From NCBI GenBank assembly GCA_951406725.2, contig OX597814.1, forward strand, positions 217,806,001 to 217,870,000: DNA of 64,000 nt. Reading direction: 5' to 3'. Of this stretch, positions 42,699 to 55,710 are shown one piece after another. The stretch is from Octopus vulgaris (lineage: Eukaryota). The number at the start of each line of letters is the position of its first letter. The first letter of the stretch is position 1. The notes beneath the pieces were generated by a model. It made no database searches. It saw only the letters and a program-made list of their open reading frames with translations, and had not been told where the DNA came from. Made by a program: the position numbers and the translations under genes.

Positions 42699-43440
42699 CA
42701 TATATACGACAGACTTCTTTCAGTTTCCGTCTACCAAATCCACTCACAAGGCATTGGTCGGCCCGGGGCTATAGCAGAAGACACTTGCCCAAGATGCCAC
42801 GCAGTGGGACTGAACCCTGAACCATGTGGTTGGTTAGCAATATTTGACAATTAGCCAAATAGTCTGTTTTTTTTTTATAATTATTTTTTATGCATTTCAA
42901 GATATTTGCATATATAGTGTCAGCACCTTCCCTTTAGTCAGGAATTCTTCATGTGTGAGAGGGTGTAGTAAAAGACTGTTTACATTTAGATGTTTAGTAA
43001 TTGTAACTGTGTGCTGTTAAAGGAAATTAGATGGCCGTGTCCCCATTATAGAAATAAAGAAGTCATTTGTGGCTTCTATTCCTATGAAAGTTTTGTATGT
43101 CTGGTATGAAATGTTTAGGATGCATATAGATGACAAACATCTATGTGAAGTTTATAGAAGAATGTAAAGGGAAAAATAGTATTATCCGTATAGGAGTAAA
43201 TCTAATTAGAAGTATCAATAAATCAATTGAAAGGAAGGATATAGGAGATATAAATCAACCTTACTCATACACTATAATTTATGCAAGGAGTCCCATCAGT
43301 ATATTCGGCAACTTAGAGGTCTTTTAAGAAATTTCCAATCCAAAAGATGAGCGATGATTGAAGTCCATAGATGGGTAATTTAGTTAAAAATTTTGATGTC
43401 AGATATGGTCAAAGATTTGCTGATGTCCAGAGCAACAACA
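42060..43440 (-). mobile_element. Old CR1/L2/Jockey-group LINE remnant (interrupted by a SINE)
   Basis: 43440-43320 minus reads VVALDISK...TKLPIYGLQSSLIFWIGNFL (RT motif); lower boundary approximate. Confidence 0.45.
42466..42841 (-). mobile_element. SINE family B, 5'-truncated, long flanking direct repeat
   Basis: Matches other family B copies; 32-bp direct repeat at 42434-42465 and 42842-42873. Confidence 0.9.
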
Positions 43441-44201
43441 CAAGAAACATAAGCTTTTTTTTTTTAAGAAAGCAATAATTCTTAACACATTTACATCAAG
43501 AGATGATGCTATAGTCTGTTTCTAACTGATTACATTTTCATTTAATATTCTTGCCCTTTAAAAAATTTTAGAGATATTTTAGTGAGACATAAGTTCCAAA
43601 TCTATGTTTTTATATTTTGCAGAGATTTACATAGTTATTTTCAGAAAACAGAACATTGAAGCTATATAGCCAGAGGAATGGTAGTTTGCTAAATAGTTTG
43701 TTACCAAATCATGTAGTTTTGGTTCAGTTCCACTGTGTGGCACCTTGGGCAAATGTCTTCTAATTTAGCCCTGGGCTTATCAAAGCCTTGTGAGTGGATT
43801 TGGTAGACTGAAACTGATAGAAGCTCTGTTTGTGTGTCCTTGTCTTGACATCAAGTGATAGTTGTAAATGAGTATCATCCTCCAGGGCTGACAACAGGAA
43901 GGCATCTGGTTATAGAAAGTCTACCTCTACAAACACCATCTGACATATGCAAGCAAGGAAGAATGGACACTAAAACTATAATGGTGACGAAGACTGTAAA
44001 CCCAGTAGAATAATTTGTTATCCCTCTTAATGCAGTTTAACTTTGCTGCAATTCACCAAAACTTTGATGTCCACAAAATCAGGCTAGACTTCAAACAAAA
44101 TGCATCATGCCATGATTGCTACACTTTAAACCACACAGCCAAGCACTGCATAACTGTGTGCAAATTAGCACAGTTGTGTGTGTAAGTATTTTATTTGTGA
44201 A

Positions 44202-44298
44202 TTAAGGCTACCATTGGTTTCATGTTATCAAAAATATCTTAACAATTTTTCAAGATGTTAAAATATTTTTCTTAACATGAAACCAATGGTAGCTTTAA
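44202..44298. mobile_element. Tiny TTAA-flanked MITE/hairpin
   Basis: TTAA GGCTACCATTGGTTTCATGTTA ... TAACATGAAACCAATGGTAGCT TTAA. Confidence 0.65.
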
Positions 44299-44421
44299 CA
44301 CATAAATAAAGAAATTCTATCCACCAATGTGGTGTTCTGCACTCATTCTCATCGTCAGACATTCACACATATATATATATATATATGCTAAATGATGATG
44401 ATATATATATATATATATATA

Positions 44422-44697
44422 TGCCAGCCTCGCCTGGCCCTCGTGCCGGTGGCACATAAAAAGCACCATCCGTTCGTGGCCGTTTGCCAGCTCTGTCTGG
44501 CACCTGTGCAGGTGGCACGTAAAAAGCACCCACTACACTCATGGAGTGGTTGGCGTTAGGAAGGGCATCCAGCCGTAGAAACACTGCCAGATTTGACTGG
44601 GCCTGATGAAGCCTTCTGGCTTCACAGACCCCAGTTGAACCGTCCAACCCATGCTAGCATGGAAAGCGGACGTCAAACGATGATGATGATGATGATG

Positions 44698-44699
<2 letters not shown>
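44422..44699 (+). mobile_element. RTE LINE 3'-end copy
   Basis: Same 3' UTR; flanked on both sides by GATGATGAT(AT)n. Confidence 0.85.
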
Positions 44700-44733
<34 letters not shown>

Positions 44734-44943
44734 ATATAAATAAACGCACACACACAATTGGTTTTCTATGCTGGCTAACCACAGCGAATGTTGGCGATAC
44801 CTACTGTGGTTGACTGCCATACAAAACTGATTTAAGAGGAAATATGGGTAACTGCCAGGATTACATTTCCCTTTGAAATCACTTTTTGGAAATGAGAGAA
44901 AGTAAATGGAATTCACGAGGAGATTATTATTCAATACAATCCT

Positions 44944-45235
44944 TTTGACCCATTGTGCACCAGTGCCTCACAGATGAAATGCTATACAAACAGCTGTTAT
45001 GCATTAAAGGTGCAGATGCATCTCATCAGGTGACTCGTCAAAACCTGGTCCTCATGTAGATGAGTAACACACTGCAACTACCAAAATGTATCTAATAGAA
45101 ATAAGTGAAACACAAATTAAGAAAATGAGGTACCTTGTGACAGGTCACTTGATGAGACACATCTGCCCCTTTGATGAATGACAACAGTTTGTATAGGACC
45201 TCAGTCGTGAGGCACTGATGCACGAGAGGTTGAAA
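44944..45235. mobile_element. Old MITE with ~115-bp degenerate TIRs
   Basis: 44944-45056 aligns with the reverse complement of 45125-45235 (GTGCA.CAGTGCCTCAC, CTATACAAAC, GCAGATG..TCTCATCA.GTGAC). Confidence 0.65.
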
Positions 45236-45445
45236 CAATCGTAGTGAATAATAAAGAATTTTGTGAACACCATTTTCTTTCTTTCCTCTCATATATTTAT
45301 AAACTCTGTTGACACAAAGGAATTCTTGAAGTAAATCCAGTGGCATTTAAACCCATACTGTTGATGATGTCAAGCAGCTGAATACAGTGAACAAGCTTTA
45401 AACAGCATACTATAAGGTGTATATCTGAATATAAAATCATTACTA

Positions 45446-45812
45446 TAGGTGTAGGAGTGGCTGTGTGGTAAGTGGCTTGCTTATGATCCACTGTATGGCA
45501 CCTTGAGCAAGCTTCTACTATAGCCTTGGGCCGACCAAACCCTTGTGAGTGGATTTGGTAGACAGAAACTGAAAGAAGTCCATCGTATAAATGTATATAT
45601 GTTTGTGTGTCTGTGTTTGTCCCCCCAACATCACTTGACAACCGATGCTGATGTGTTTACGTCCCTGTAACTTAGCGGTTCGGCAAAAGAGGCCGATAGA
45701 ATAAGTACTAGGCTTACAAAGATTAAGTCCTGGGGTCGATTTGCTCGACTAAAGGCGATGCTCCAGCATGGCCACAGTCAAATGACTGAAACAAATAAAA
45801 GAGTAAAAGAGT
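45446..45812 (+). mobile_element. SINE family B
   Basis: Head, core and GTAAAAGA tail as in other copies; small deletion in head. Confidence 0.88.
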
Positions 45813-45813
45813 A

Positions 45814-46075
45814 TACAGGGTGCAATGTCACTGTTTTATATTTTTGATTTTGCACATGCACATTGCTTTTGATTTTGTTGACTACATAGTATAGTAGGGT
45901 CCGTTGGGCACAGTCTGTGAGAAAAAGAGCACCATGACACAGTTCAAACTGCCAAAGATTTGGAAACAACATGCTGTACTGCTTGGAATTCATGCCAGAA
46001 GCTTCAATATGAACATTTCAAAGTGTTTGTGGGTCTGTCTGAGGACATGTACTGAGAGTGATAAAAATCAAACAT
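45814..46075 (+). mobile_element. Left end of a Tc1/mariner-superfamily element
   Basis: TA|CAGGGTG terminus; ATG 45934 opens an HTH-like peptide KQHAVLLGIHARSFNMNISKCLWVCLRT; truncated. Confidence 0.5.
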
Positions 46076-46084
46076 CCAGTCATC

Positions 46085-46434
46085 TCCAGTTACAACTGTG
46101 ATGTTGTTGATAAAACATGTTCTTTGTCTATCTCCTTATCCTCTTGGAGATTTTGGATAAAATTATACTAATGTATCCTTCAAATTTAATTAAATGCTAT
46201 GTTTTTGTGCAGCTGAAGATTGCTCTACATTTTAAATTGATGTAATGATTGCATTGTTCAATTAAATGGAGTCGCATGAAACGATCGTACTGCATTACCT
46301 CTGGATATCCTTGTTGCTTATTTTGATTTTAATCCCCTTATTTTAAATTGTATGGCTAATACCATACAAAATTCTGGTGCCTCAACTTAAGTACCATATT
46401 CATCTGAATCTACATATATATATATATATATATA
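46085..46434 (+). mobile_element. Penelope-like element pseudo-LTR fragment
   Basis: Contains a hammerhead motif and ends CTACATATATA(TA)n like the 8504-8714 element; 5' boundary approximate. Confidence 0.5.
46207..46295 (+). ncRNA. Type I hammerhead ribozyme motif (Penelope-like-element type)
   Basis: Stem I GTGCAG/CTGCAT; core CTGAAGA 46213-46219; long imperfect stem II; GAA 46278-46280; palindromic stem III ACGATCGT; GUA cleavage triplet ending at 46289. Confidence 0.75.
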
Positions 46435-47457
46435 GGGAAATGTGTAAAACCTTAAAGGTATTTAGACATTTAATAAGAGCAATTATCTATATATATAAAA
46501 CTGAGAATGTGTGTCTGTTTGTCTGTGTGTTTCCCTAAAACTTGAGAACTACACAACCAATTTCATTCAAATTTTACACATGCCTTACTTAATTTTAACT
46601 TTTTCCCTAGGGCGACCCCACAGCAATATCATATCTTCTCCACTATTTCAGTATTACGTGTTAAAAGTGAAACAAAAACATCTCTCTATTGTAATGCAGA
46701 TACTTTCACTTTAATGCTGAAACTATTAAAGTGAAAGTATTATATAACAGGAATCAACCATTAACAGTGGTCATCCATTTTGCTAGAAGAAGATCCGCTA
46801 TGGTCTTATATGCTACACCACTGATTTTCAATTCATATTAATCAAATTAATATTCAATTTTTCACCCTTATTAAGTGTGTGTGTGTGTATTAGCAATTCG
46901 TATAAAATTGCATCAATGACTTGAACTTGAATAAGTGGTTTCACATAAATGGGGATAAATTAAAAAGGTTTGTTGTTATTATTATTACTGTTTGACTATT
47001 GTAATCATGTTTGTTGGTTCCTCGTCAGGGAAACGTTGTGTTGCATTTTTTAAATAATTGTAAACCGTAACCCTCCCCCTTTCGGAAAAGGGGCTTTGGT
47101 TATTGTTTAAAAATTGAATTGTGTCCCTGTTTGGGGAAATTGACAATATTTTCACCGTCTTTACGGAAGCATTTTTGTTAAAATGCCTTCGATAGAAGAA
47201 AGTCCAAAAATGAATTTCGCTGCAGCTGTACACTTCTATACAAGAGGGAGGACAAGATCCAATTGATCAAAATTGCAAGAGACAGGCCTACAATTCCAGT
47301 CTGTTATATATTTTGAGTATTGTTATCACTAGCGATATCAAGATATAACTTTGTATTTTGTATTTTATGTGCAGATGTATATATATAGATGTACATGTAA
47401 TATGTACACATATTTATACACATATATACATTCAAAATATATCTACCCATACACACA

Positions 47458-49612
47458 CGGAAAATGGTCAAAGAGTGTACTTCACCGATGCTAATGCTTC
47501 TCTGTTGGCAGAGGAACCAAGGGATAGCACACTCACTGCATTCTTCAAGCTTTGTCAAGTGGATCCATTTGCTCAAATCTTGCTGTATCCAGAGATTCCA
47601 TCGTACTACACTTGGAATGGAAAAAAATGGGCCTACGGAAAGCAGGTCAAAATGTTCATGGATACCATGGCATTAAGTTTCACACTTGCCTTGGGCGAGT
47701 ATACAGAGTGCATCCCACTCAACAAGAGTGCTTCTACCTTCGTCTACTACTGCATGAGGTCAGAGGGCCAACGTCATTCCAGGTCCTAAAAACCGTTCAT
47801 GGACATGTCTGCACAACATACAGAGAGGCCTGCTATCGACAAGGTCTATTAGAAGATGGTGCACAATGGGATGCAACTTTAGGAGAGGCTGCTTTATCAC
47901 AATCACCTAAAAGTCTCAGGGCACTATTTGCAGTATTACTACAGGCATGCGAACTGTGTGATCCGGCCACTCTATGGATCAAATATAGAGACAACCTGGC
48001 TGAAGACTTTCAGCGCCAAGCTCAACTGCTCTATCCTGACATGGAGGGTATCAGCAATGAAATCTATAACAAAACACTCATTGACATTGAAGACAGAATT
48101 GCTAAACTGGGTGGAAATGAATTGTCGACGTATGGCCTGCCACAAGCATTCATGTCAGGGTCAAATAGCCTTCCCACTGCTGTCATTCGTGAAACAACCT
48201 ACGACACTCAAGCGCTTTTAAAGTACATTGTTGAAAATAAGCCTAAATTAATTCCGGACCAGCTGCAGGCCTACAGAACTATTCTTAACAGTGTACGCCA
48301 ATGCAAGGGACGAATCTTCTTCCTCGATGCTCCTGGACGGACAGGAAAAACATTTATTACAAAGCTTCTCCTTGCAGAAGTTAGGCAGCACCAGGACATT
48401 GCAGTAGCTGTAGCTTCCTCTGGCATTGCAGCTACTTTGTTACCCGGTGGCAGGACAGCACACTCAACTTTTAAACTCCCTCTCAATTTAGCAGCATCCG
48501 AAATGCCTTCATGCAACATCAACAAAAGCTCAGATCAGGGACAAGAACTTAAATTGTGTCATCTAATTGTCTGGGATGAGTGCACTATGGCTCACAAGGG
48601 AGCTTTGGAAGCATTAGATAGAGCCCTGAAAGACATCCGAGACTGTCAGGCTCCAATGGGAGGTGTAACGCTTCTGTTGTCAGGTGATTTCAGGCAAACT
48701 CTTCCTGTCATTCTGAAAAGCACTAGAGCAGATGAAGTCCAAGCATGCCTAAAGTCCTCTACCCTGTGGCATCATGTTACAATCCTCAGTCTCACCACTA
48801 ACATGAGAGTTCAGCTACACGGCGACAAAATGTCCACAAAATTTGCACAGGACATTTTGACACTTGGTGAAGGCAAAATGCCTCTCGATGCAGCAGGACA
48901 AATGGAAGAGTGGTCATTTTCCTCTGTTGTTAATTCTGTAGATGACCTCAAAAACAAAGTCTTTCCCAACTTCACACAAAACTACCAAAATCACAATTGG
49001 CTGTGTGAAAGAGCAATATTAGCTCCAAAAAACGTTGCTGTTAACAAAATTTATCAACAGCTAATGCATTCTCTTCCCGGTACTATACACACTTACAAGT
49101 CTGTTGATACAATTCCAGATATAAATGAAGTTGTGAACTATCCTCCTGAATTTCTCAATTCACTGGAGCCTCCTGGACTATCTCCACACATATTAGCACT
49201 TAAAGTTGGAACTCCTGTAATGCTACTCCGCAATCTGGAACCACCAAGACTTTGCAATGGAACATGACTTGTGATAAAGAAAATGATGTCACATGTTATC
49301 GAGGCGACCATTCTTTCTGGATGTGGAAAAGGTGATGACGTCTTTATTCCAAGAATTCCTCTTACACCATCAGGAGCAGAAATTCCATTTACATTCAGAA
49401 GACTGCAATTCCCCCTTTGTGTCAGCTTTGCCATGTCCATTAACAAATCTCAGGGTCAAACCCTCTCTGTAGCTGCTCTTCTCTTGGAAGAGCCCTGCTT
49501 CTCGCATGGGCAACTGTATGTTGGCTGCTCAAGAGTAGGAACCAAAAGAAACCTTTTTGTATATGCTCCACAAGGAAAAACAAGGAACATTGTTTACAAC
49601 GAGGTGTTATAA
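47458..49612 (+). pseudogene. Helitron RepHel C-terminal part (Pif1-family SF1 helicase), disrupted
   Basis: Motifs DAPGRTGKT, IVWDEC, GDFRQTLPV, LLRNL..LCNGT, RLQFPL, SINKSQGQT, FSHGQLYV; frameshift near 47625; in-frame TGA 49265-49267; no Rep/HUH domain visible. Confidence 0.9.
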
Positions 49613-49676
49613 TCTCAACAGCCAGGAGGTATATACATGATCCCCTTTTTTTAAACAAACTTTATGTACTTTCATG

Positions 49677-50187
49677 TAAATCAAAACAAATCAAAATAGA
49701 TGAACATCAATGGAATTTGTATCTTTGTGTGCCGGTGGCACGTGGCACACAAGAAAACTATCCGAACGTGGCCGTAGCCAGTACCGCATCGACTGGCCTC
49801 CGTGCTGTGGGCACGTAACAAGCACCATCCGATCGTGGCCGTTTGCCAGCCTCATCTGGCTCCTGTGTCGGTGGCACATAAAAACACCATCCGAGCGTGG
49901 CCGTCTGCCAGCCTCGTCTGGCACCTGTGTCGGTGGCACATAAAAAACACCATCCGAGCATGGCCGTTTGCCAGCCTCGTCTGGCACCTGTGTCGGTGGC
50001 ACATAAAATCACCCACTACACTCTCGGAGTGGTTGGCGTTAGGAAGGGCATCCAGCTGTAGAAACACTGCCAGATCTGACTGGACTGGTGCAGCTTTCGG
50101 GCTCCCCAGACCCCAGTTGAACCGTCCAACCCATGCTAGCATGGAAGGCGGACGTTAAATGATGATGATGATGATGATGATGATGAT
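49677..50187 (+). mobile_element. RTE LINE 3'-end copy inside the Helitron
   Basis: About five ~62-bp subrepeats then the common tail. Confidence 0.85.
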
Positions 50188-50209
50188 GTGTGTGTGTGTA
50201 TATGTGTAT

Positions 50210-50253
<44 letters not shown>

Positions 50254-50634
50254 CAGAAAAGTTTAATTCTTCAATTGAATGTAACCGGGCAACGCCGGGT
50301 ATCTCTGCTAGTATAAATAAGAGCAGGAAAAATTCCATCAAAATAATCATCACATCATACACACACACACACACACACATATTTTTAAGAAAATAAGAAA
50401 GTAGAGAGATAAGGCTATTGATATACCATTACATTTTCATGTTGCAGTGTGTCGAGTGTCCACAGCTCCTAGATATGTTATGTATTCTGCTGAGCAGTGC
50501 TATTGATCATTTCAGGATGCCCAATTAGTAAAATCCCAAAACAAATATTTTAACCTGATTAGTGTAAAACAGTACATAATGTCTGACATTTTATATGCAT
50601 AGAATATATCGAAATGGCATAATGAATTACTTAC

Positions 50635-50744
50635 TGATTAACATGCCGACACTGATCGGAATATTCAGACATGTTAAGAACTTCAAGCAACTTTTCTTCT
50701 CCGCTTGGTGTAAAAATGCCGCCTGGTAATTTTAATAAAAATTT
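50635..50744 (-). CDS. RhoGAP-domain gene, coding exon B
   Basis: ttgtttgcag|AAATTT...TAATCA|gtaagt; 110 nt, phase 0-2; KFLLKLPGGIFTPSGEEKLLEVLNMSEYSDQCRHVN(Q); continues exon A in frame. Confidence 0.9.
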
Positions 50745-51805
50745 CTGCAAACAACAAAAAAGAGATACTTTCTTAAGGGAACCATTTTCAGATAATTATT
50801 CAAGTGAAATTCTATTACATAACACAATACACAAACATATACTCATAACACAGATATATTTAATGTTTCATGAGTGAAACAGATAGACAGGAGCTGTTAG
50901 AAGCTTACTGTGTGTAAATATATATTGATTCATTTTGTTCATTTTTCTGTATTCCCATGCTAGCATGAGTCACATCATCGTCATTTAGCATCCATCTTCT
51001 GTGCTGGCATGGGGTGGATGGTTTGACAGGAGCTGGCAAGCCAGAGAACTGCACCAGGCTCTACTATCTGCTTTGGTATGCTTTCTATGGCTGGATGTCT
51101 TTCCTAACGCCAAACACTTTATAAAGTGTACTGACAGCTTGCTTTTCATGGCACCAGTGAGGTCACCAAGTCACTTGCAAGATCCCTCAACTGCCAAAAG
51201 TGATCAGAGACTGAATTATGATAAAGGGACAGAAACTGGTTTCTTGCTGTAGAGGAGATGCATGGTTTTCTGAGAGGGGGAGAAAAGGGGGTTATGAGTG
51301 TGTGTGAGAGAGAGAAAGATGGTGGCGATGTGCCAGGACATATCCTTAAGGTACAAGGAGGTGAATGTAAAAGGCATGATAGAGGATTGCATGAGAATGC
51401 AAAGGGGGACAGGGAAGGGAAAGAAGACTGCAGTGAGGGGCAAAACTCAAGTACATAGGGAGGCAACAGGATAGCAATGATACAGTTGGCAGGGGGGGGG
51501 GGGAGGACAGGAGAGAGAGAGAGATGACATGTTATGTGGGGGTGGAATATGCAGTGCATCCAAAACTCAGCTTTACTATGAATATAAAATTGTGATGGTA
51601 TTGGATGCTCTTCTGTGACTGACCCTTACCAGTTTCCAAGTGAGGGCTCTTCTTTTTCACACAGCTTCAAAAATAGAGTCAGCAAATGATTTATTGAGAG
51701 AAAGAGGTTACAACAATGTCACCACTAATAAGCTCAGCAATTTTCAGAGAAGGACAAAAGTAAACGAACACATGTTTATTACACACATGTGAGTGAGAAC
51801 ACTTC

Positions 51806-52197
51806 GAGATATTTTTGGTATCTAACATATGTCAGATACTGCGAGCGCTGCTTCTGATTGGTCAATCCATGGTGATGACCCGAGGTCACGGTAACAGCGC
51901 TGCTTCTGATTGGTCAATCCATGGTGATGACCCGAGGTCATGGTGACGGCACTACTTTTGTCATTCATGAGTTACAACTAAACGTGAAGAATTTAGTTAT
52001 TGGGTTAATAAAATATGGTCGTTTATTCGTGTGTAATAAATAAAATACCAAACTCATTCCCTATGGATACTGTATTTATTACAACGAGTGGCTTATAAAC
52101 GTATCTAATGAGCGAAAGCGAGTTAGATACGTTTACAAGCCACTCGTTGTAATAAATACGGTATCCATAGGGAACTCGTTTGGTATTCTCTATATAT
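51806..52197. mobile_element. Non-autonomous element with a long terminal palindrome (Crypton-like?)
   Basis: ~65-bp arms 52044-52187 around TGAGCGAAAGCGAG; 52-bp tandem duplication 51844-51947 with CTGATTGG; CpG-rich; left boundary approximate. Confidence 0.55.
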
Positions 52198-53355
52198 ATG
52201 ATGGACCTTTAACAATGTTTAAAATCACAATGTGAGCTGGTTGAGTTCTCAAATTTTAGTATTAGAACTACAAATTAATGGAAATTATGAAGAATGCTAT
52301 CCTAATGCCAATCTCTTGAGTCAAAGTCGTACCTATACTCAGCTTGACTACAGCATTTAACTCTTTGGCATTTAAACTGACCACATCTGATCCAAATATG
52401 TTACCTGCTTTATCTTCAGATGGGCCAGATCCAGCCTCTCACCCCTATGCTGCTACAATACCATTTTAAATATAAATAATCACTTCCTTGAGATCTTAAA
52501 GCTATGAGGTAGTACATGATTAATTCAAAACAATGTTAATAAATAAACATTACATTTAACAGAGTAATATGGAAGCTAAAGGGTTATTTAAGGTTAAATA
52601 TAGCAGAATTTGAACTCATTGCCTTTATATGATGTTGCCATTAAACTGCTACACATTTATAACATTTCAGATATAATAGACAGGATTACCTAACAACATA
52701 ATTGGAGAGGAATTAAGAATGAGAAGATGATAATGGTAGGGATCATATTACACACACACACACAAAATCTTTTAAATGTCAACTACTTAAAGACTCCAAA
52801 ACAATGTCCAATGAGGTATCACCTTTTGACAGAAACAAAAGTAAAAGTAATTAAAACAAGGTGGGACTCTAATATTAATGACAGGCTGGTGAATGATAAA
52901 TCCCCAACATAGTAACAATCTATCAGCCAACAGCCAACAGCTTAAGCAGGAGCCTCAATATACAGAAACAGGAGCCTAACTGAAAAAAGTAAATGCATCA
53001 AAAATGTGAAGGTCAAACTAAGCTCTTCCGAAGAATCCAGCTAAGTTTAGAAAAGTTTCATTGTATTCATAGAAGAGCATAAGAAAGTCAAACTGTTCAA
53101 AGTAATAACATGAACGGTTCTATTGACAGCATTATGTCCTATCAAAGACATGACATTTCATAGAGATAATAAAAAGAATACAAATTCAGATTACTTTTAA
53201 AAATACACAAAGAATATTCTTTGATTACTCTTCTATTGATTTCAGCCGTGCCTGAGTACCGTAATTTTTGTTTTCTCCTCATCATTAGATGGCCGTTCAT
53301 ATGAATTATCAACATGAAAAAATTAACTGCATAAAAGCAAAAATCAAAAATAAAC

Positions 53356-53397
53356 TTGTGAGTGGATTTGGTAGACAGAAACTGAAAGAAGCCTGTC

Positions 53398-53445
<48 letters not shown>

Positions 53446-54057
53446 GTGTGTGTGTGTGTTTGTGTGTCTGTGTTTGTTCACCTAGCATTACTTGACAACC
53501 GATGCTGGTGTGTTTACGTCCCCGTAACTTAGCGGTTCGGCAAAAGAGATCGATAGAATAAGTACTGGGCTTGCAAAAGAATAAGTCCCGGGGTCGATTT
53601 GCTCGACTAAAGGCGGTGCTCCAGCATGGCCGCAGTCAAATGACTGAAACAAGTAAAAGAGTAAAGAGTTAAGATTAGGGGTAGGGCTGGCAGTATGGTA
53701 AGGAATTTGGCTTCCAGTTACGTAGTTCTAGGTTTAGTTATATTGCATAGCACCTTGTGCAAGTGTCTTCTACTATAGCTTCAGGCCAACCAAATTCTTG
53801 TGAGTGGATTTGGTTGACAGAAACTGAAAGAAACCTGTCGTGTGTGTGTGTGTGTGTGTGTGTGCATATGTGTTTGCTACCAGTGCTTGGAAACTGTGAT
53901 GGTTTGTTTATGGCCCCATAACTTAGTGGTCTGACCTACAGAATAAAAACCAAGCTTTTAAAATAAGTACTGGGGTTGATATGTTTGACTGAACCCTTGA
54001 AGGTGGTGGTCCAGTATGGCCACAGTCCAATGACTGAAACAAATAAAAGATAAAAGA
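53356..54057 (+). mobile_element. Two tandem SINE family B copies (young 5'-truncated 53356-53669; older 53676-54057)
   Basis: Each ends TGACTGAAACAA.TAAAAGA. Confidence 0.85.
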
Positions 54058-55710
54058 TCTATTATTATTATTAGGGCCAGTTAAATAAGCTTTAGTTGTA
54101 AATACTGCAATTAGGAAAGAGTAAAACCACCTCGATCTTCAGCCTGTGGCTAAAACAAATAATATCTTTGTTTGCTTCAACACAGCTAAAGCAAATTAAT
54201 TTAATACATATCTACGAAGTTCTACAATGAAGTTCTTTTTTTTTTTTTAAATAGCACTTCTAGGAAGATATAATTAAATGGACTTGTAAAAATATACATT
54301 AATTTGTAGCATCTAAGTTTCTTGCAGCGAATCACAGATTTTTTTTGATTTTTTAATAAAAAACTTTACATAAAGGTCATGGAGAGAAAGAAGACAGAGT
54401 TGACCAAACTAGATGCTTTACCATAACTAGATCAATGTTTCACTGTTCTAATTTCATATCCTATTAGAGACAGCTTTTCTTCACATTCTGTGGAAACTGA
54501 CAACATACTTTTAAGATACTAGAGTCAATTCAAATATCTGTACTTCAATCCTTTCAAAAACTGGTGCAGTGTTAAAAAATAATAATAATAATAATAAAAA
54601 AACTATTTGAATAATGAAATTAACAGTTCTGATATAAAATCTAAACTTAATCTAGAGTTTAAATTTATTGTCCCTTAATAGTACATAATAGAAAGTCACT
54701 CAATCTTTTGGTTCAGAAGTTATTTCAAGACAGAACTGTTATTTATGTGAAAGAACCTTGTTAGAACAATAAATCATAAGCAGAAATTAATAGGAAATTT
54801 GGCCTATATACTAGAAAAAACAGAAATAGTTGGTAGTTATGTGGAATATTTACATTAAATTTTTAAATAATTAAATAAGGAAATAAATTTCAAGAGCTAA
54901 AAGAAAAAAATCTAAATTTAGATTGCTAAATTCATAGGAAGCATTTAGTTTGGCCTATATACATGATAGATTAGAAGAAAAGAAAAATATTTGGTAGTCA
55001 TTTTGAATATTTATGCTTTTTTCATGAATTGAATCATCATCATTTAACATCTGTTGTCCATGCTGGCATGGGTTACCCGGTTTGACCAGGGCTGGTAAGC
55101 CGAAGAGTTTAGATCTGAATATGGATATAAATTTAGATTGCTAAATCATGTTGGTTTTTTTCTAACAATATTAATTTTATAATATCATATTTACTGTATT
55201 TTGCAGCATGGAAGATACTTTTTTTGTAAAAAAAAAAAATTACCTTGAAAATTACCATAAACTTTTTAACCACAAAAGATGATAAATTCTATCTACATTA
55301 TTTTGTTTGCTTCCAACTTTATGGTTTCAGCTTCATTCTCACTGCATGGCGTCTTGGGCAAGTGCTTTTATACTATAGCATTGGGCCAATGAAAGTTGTA
55401 TGGTAGATGGAAACTGAAAGAATTAATCATGTGTGAGTGTGTGTGTGTGCCTCCTCATCTTGAGAACCAGAAGTCCCTCATTTCGAGTCTTCCATGAAGA
55501 ATATTTGGCCATGGGGAAATATTACTTTGCTTGGAAACAAGTGAGGGTTGGTGATGCAAAGGGTATTTGGCCAGAGAAGCAAATTCCATTTGCAAGCATC
55601 AAACCAAGAATGATGATCATGATTTTAAATGATTTGTACATAAGAAAATCTTATGTAGAAACACTCAATCACGTTATTTCTTATTGGATGCAGAGTCACA
55701 GTTTTTATAA

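Larger units (their letters stand above)
46486..50311 (+). mobile_element. Helitron, internally deleted, termini intact
   Basis: A|TCTATATATATAAAACTG 5' end; 3' hairpin ACCGGGCAACGCCGGGT then CTAG|T at 50308-50311; encloses the helicase ORFs; RTE tail inserted at 49677-50187. Confidence 0.9.

Noticed and set aside
47552-49267. Host PIF1 helicase gene
   Set aside because: Intronless, disrupted and enclosed by Helitron termini.
49730-50015. CRISPR-like repeat-spacer pattern (GGTGGCACRTAAAAA core)
   Set aside because: Spacers are homologous to each other, the array is part of an RTE 3' UTR, the context is eukaryotic and there are no cas genes.
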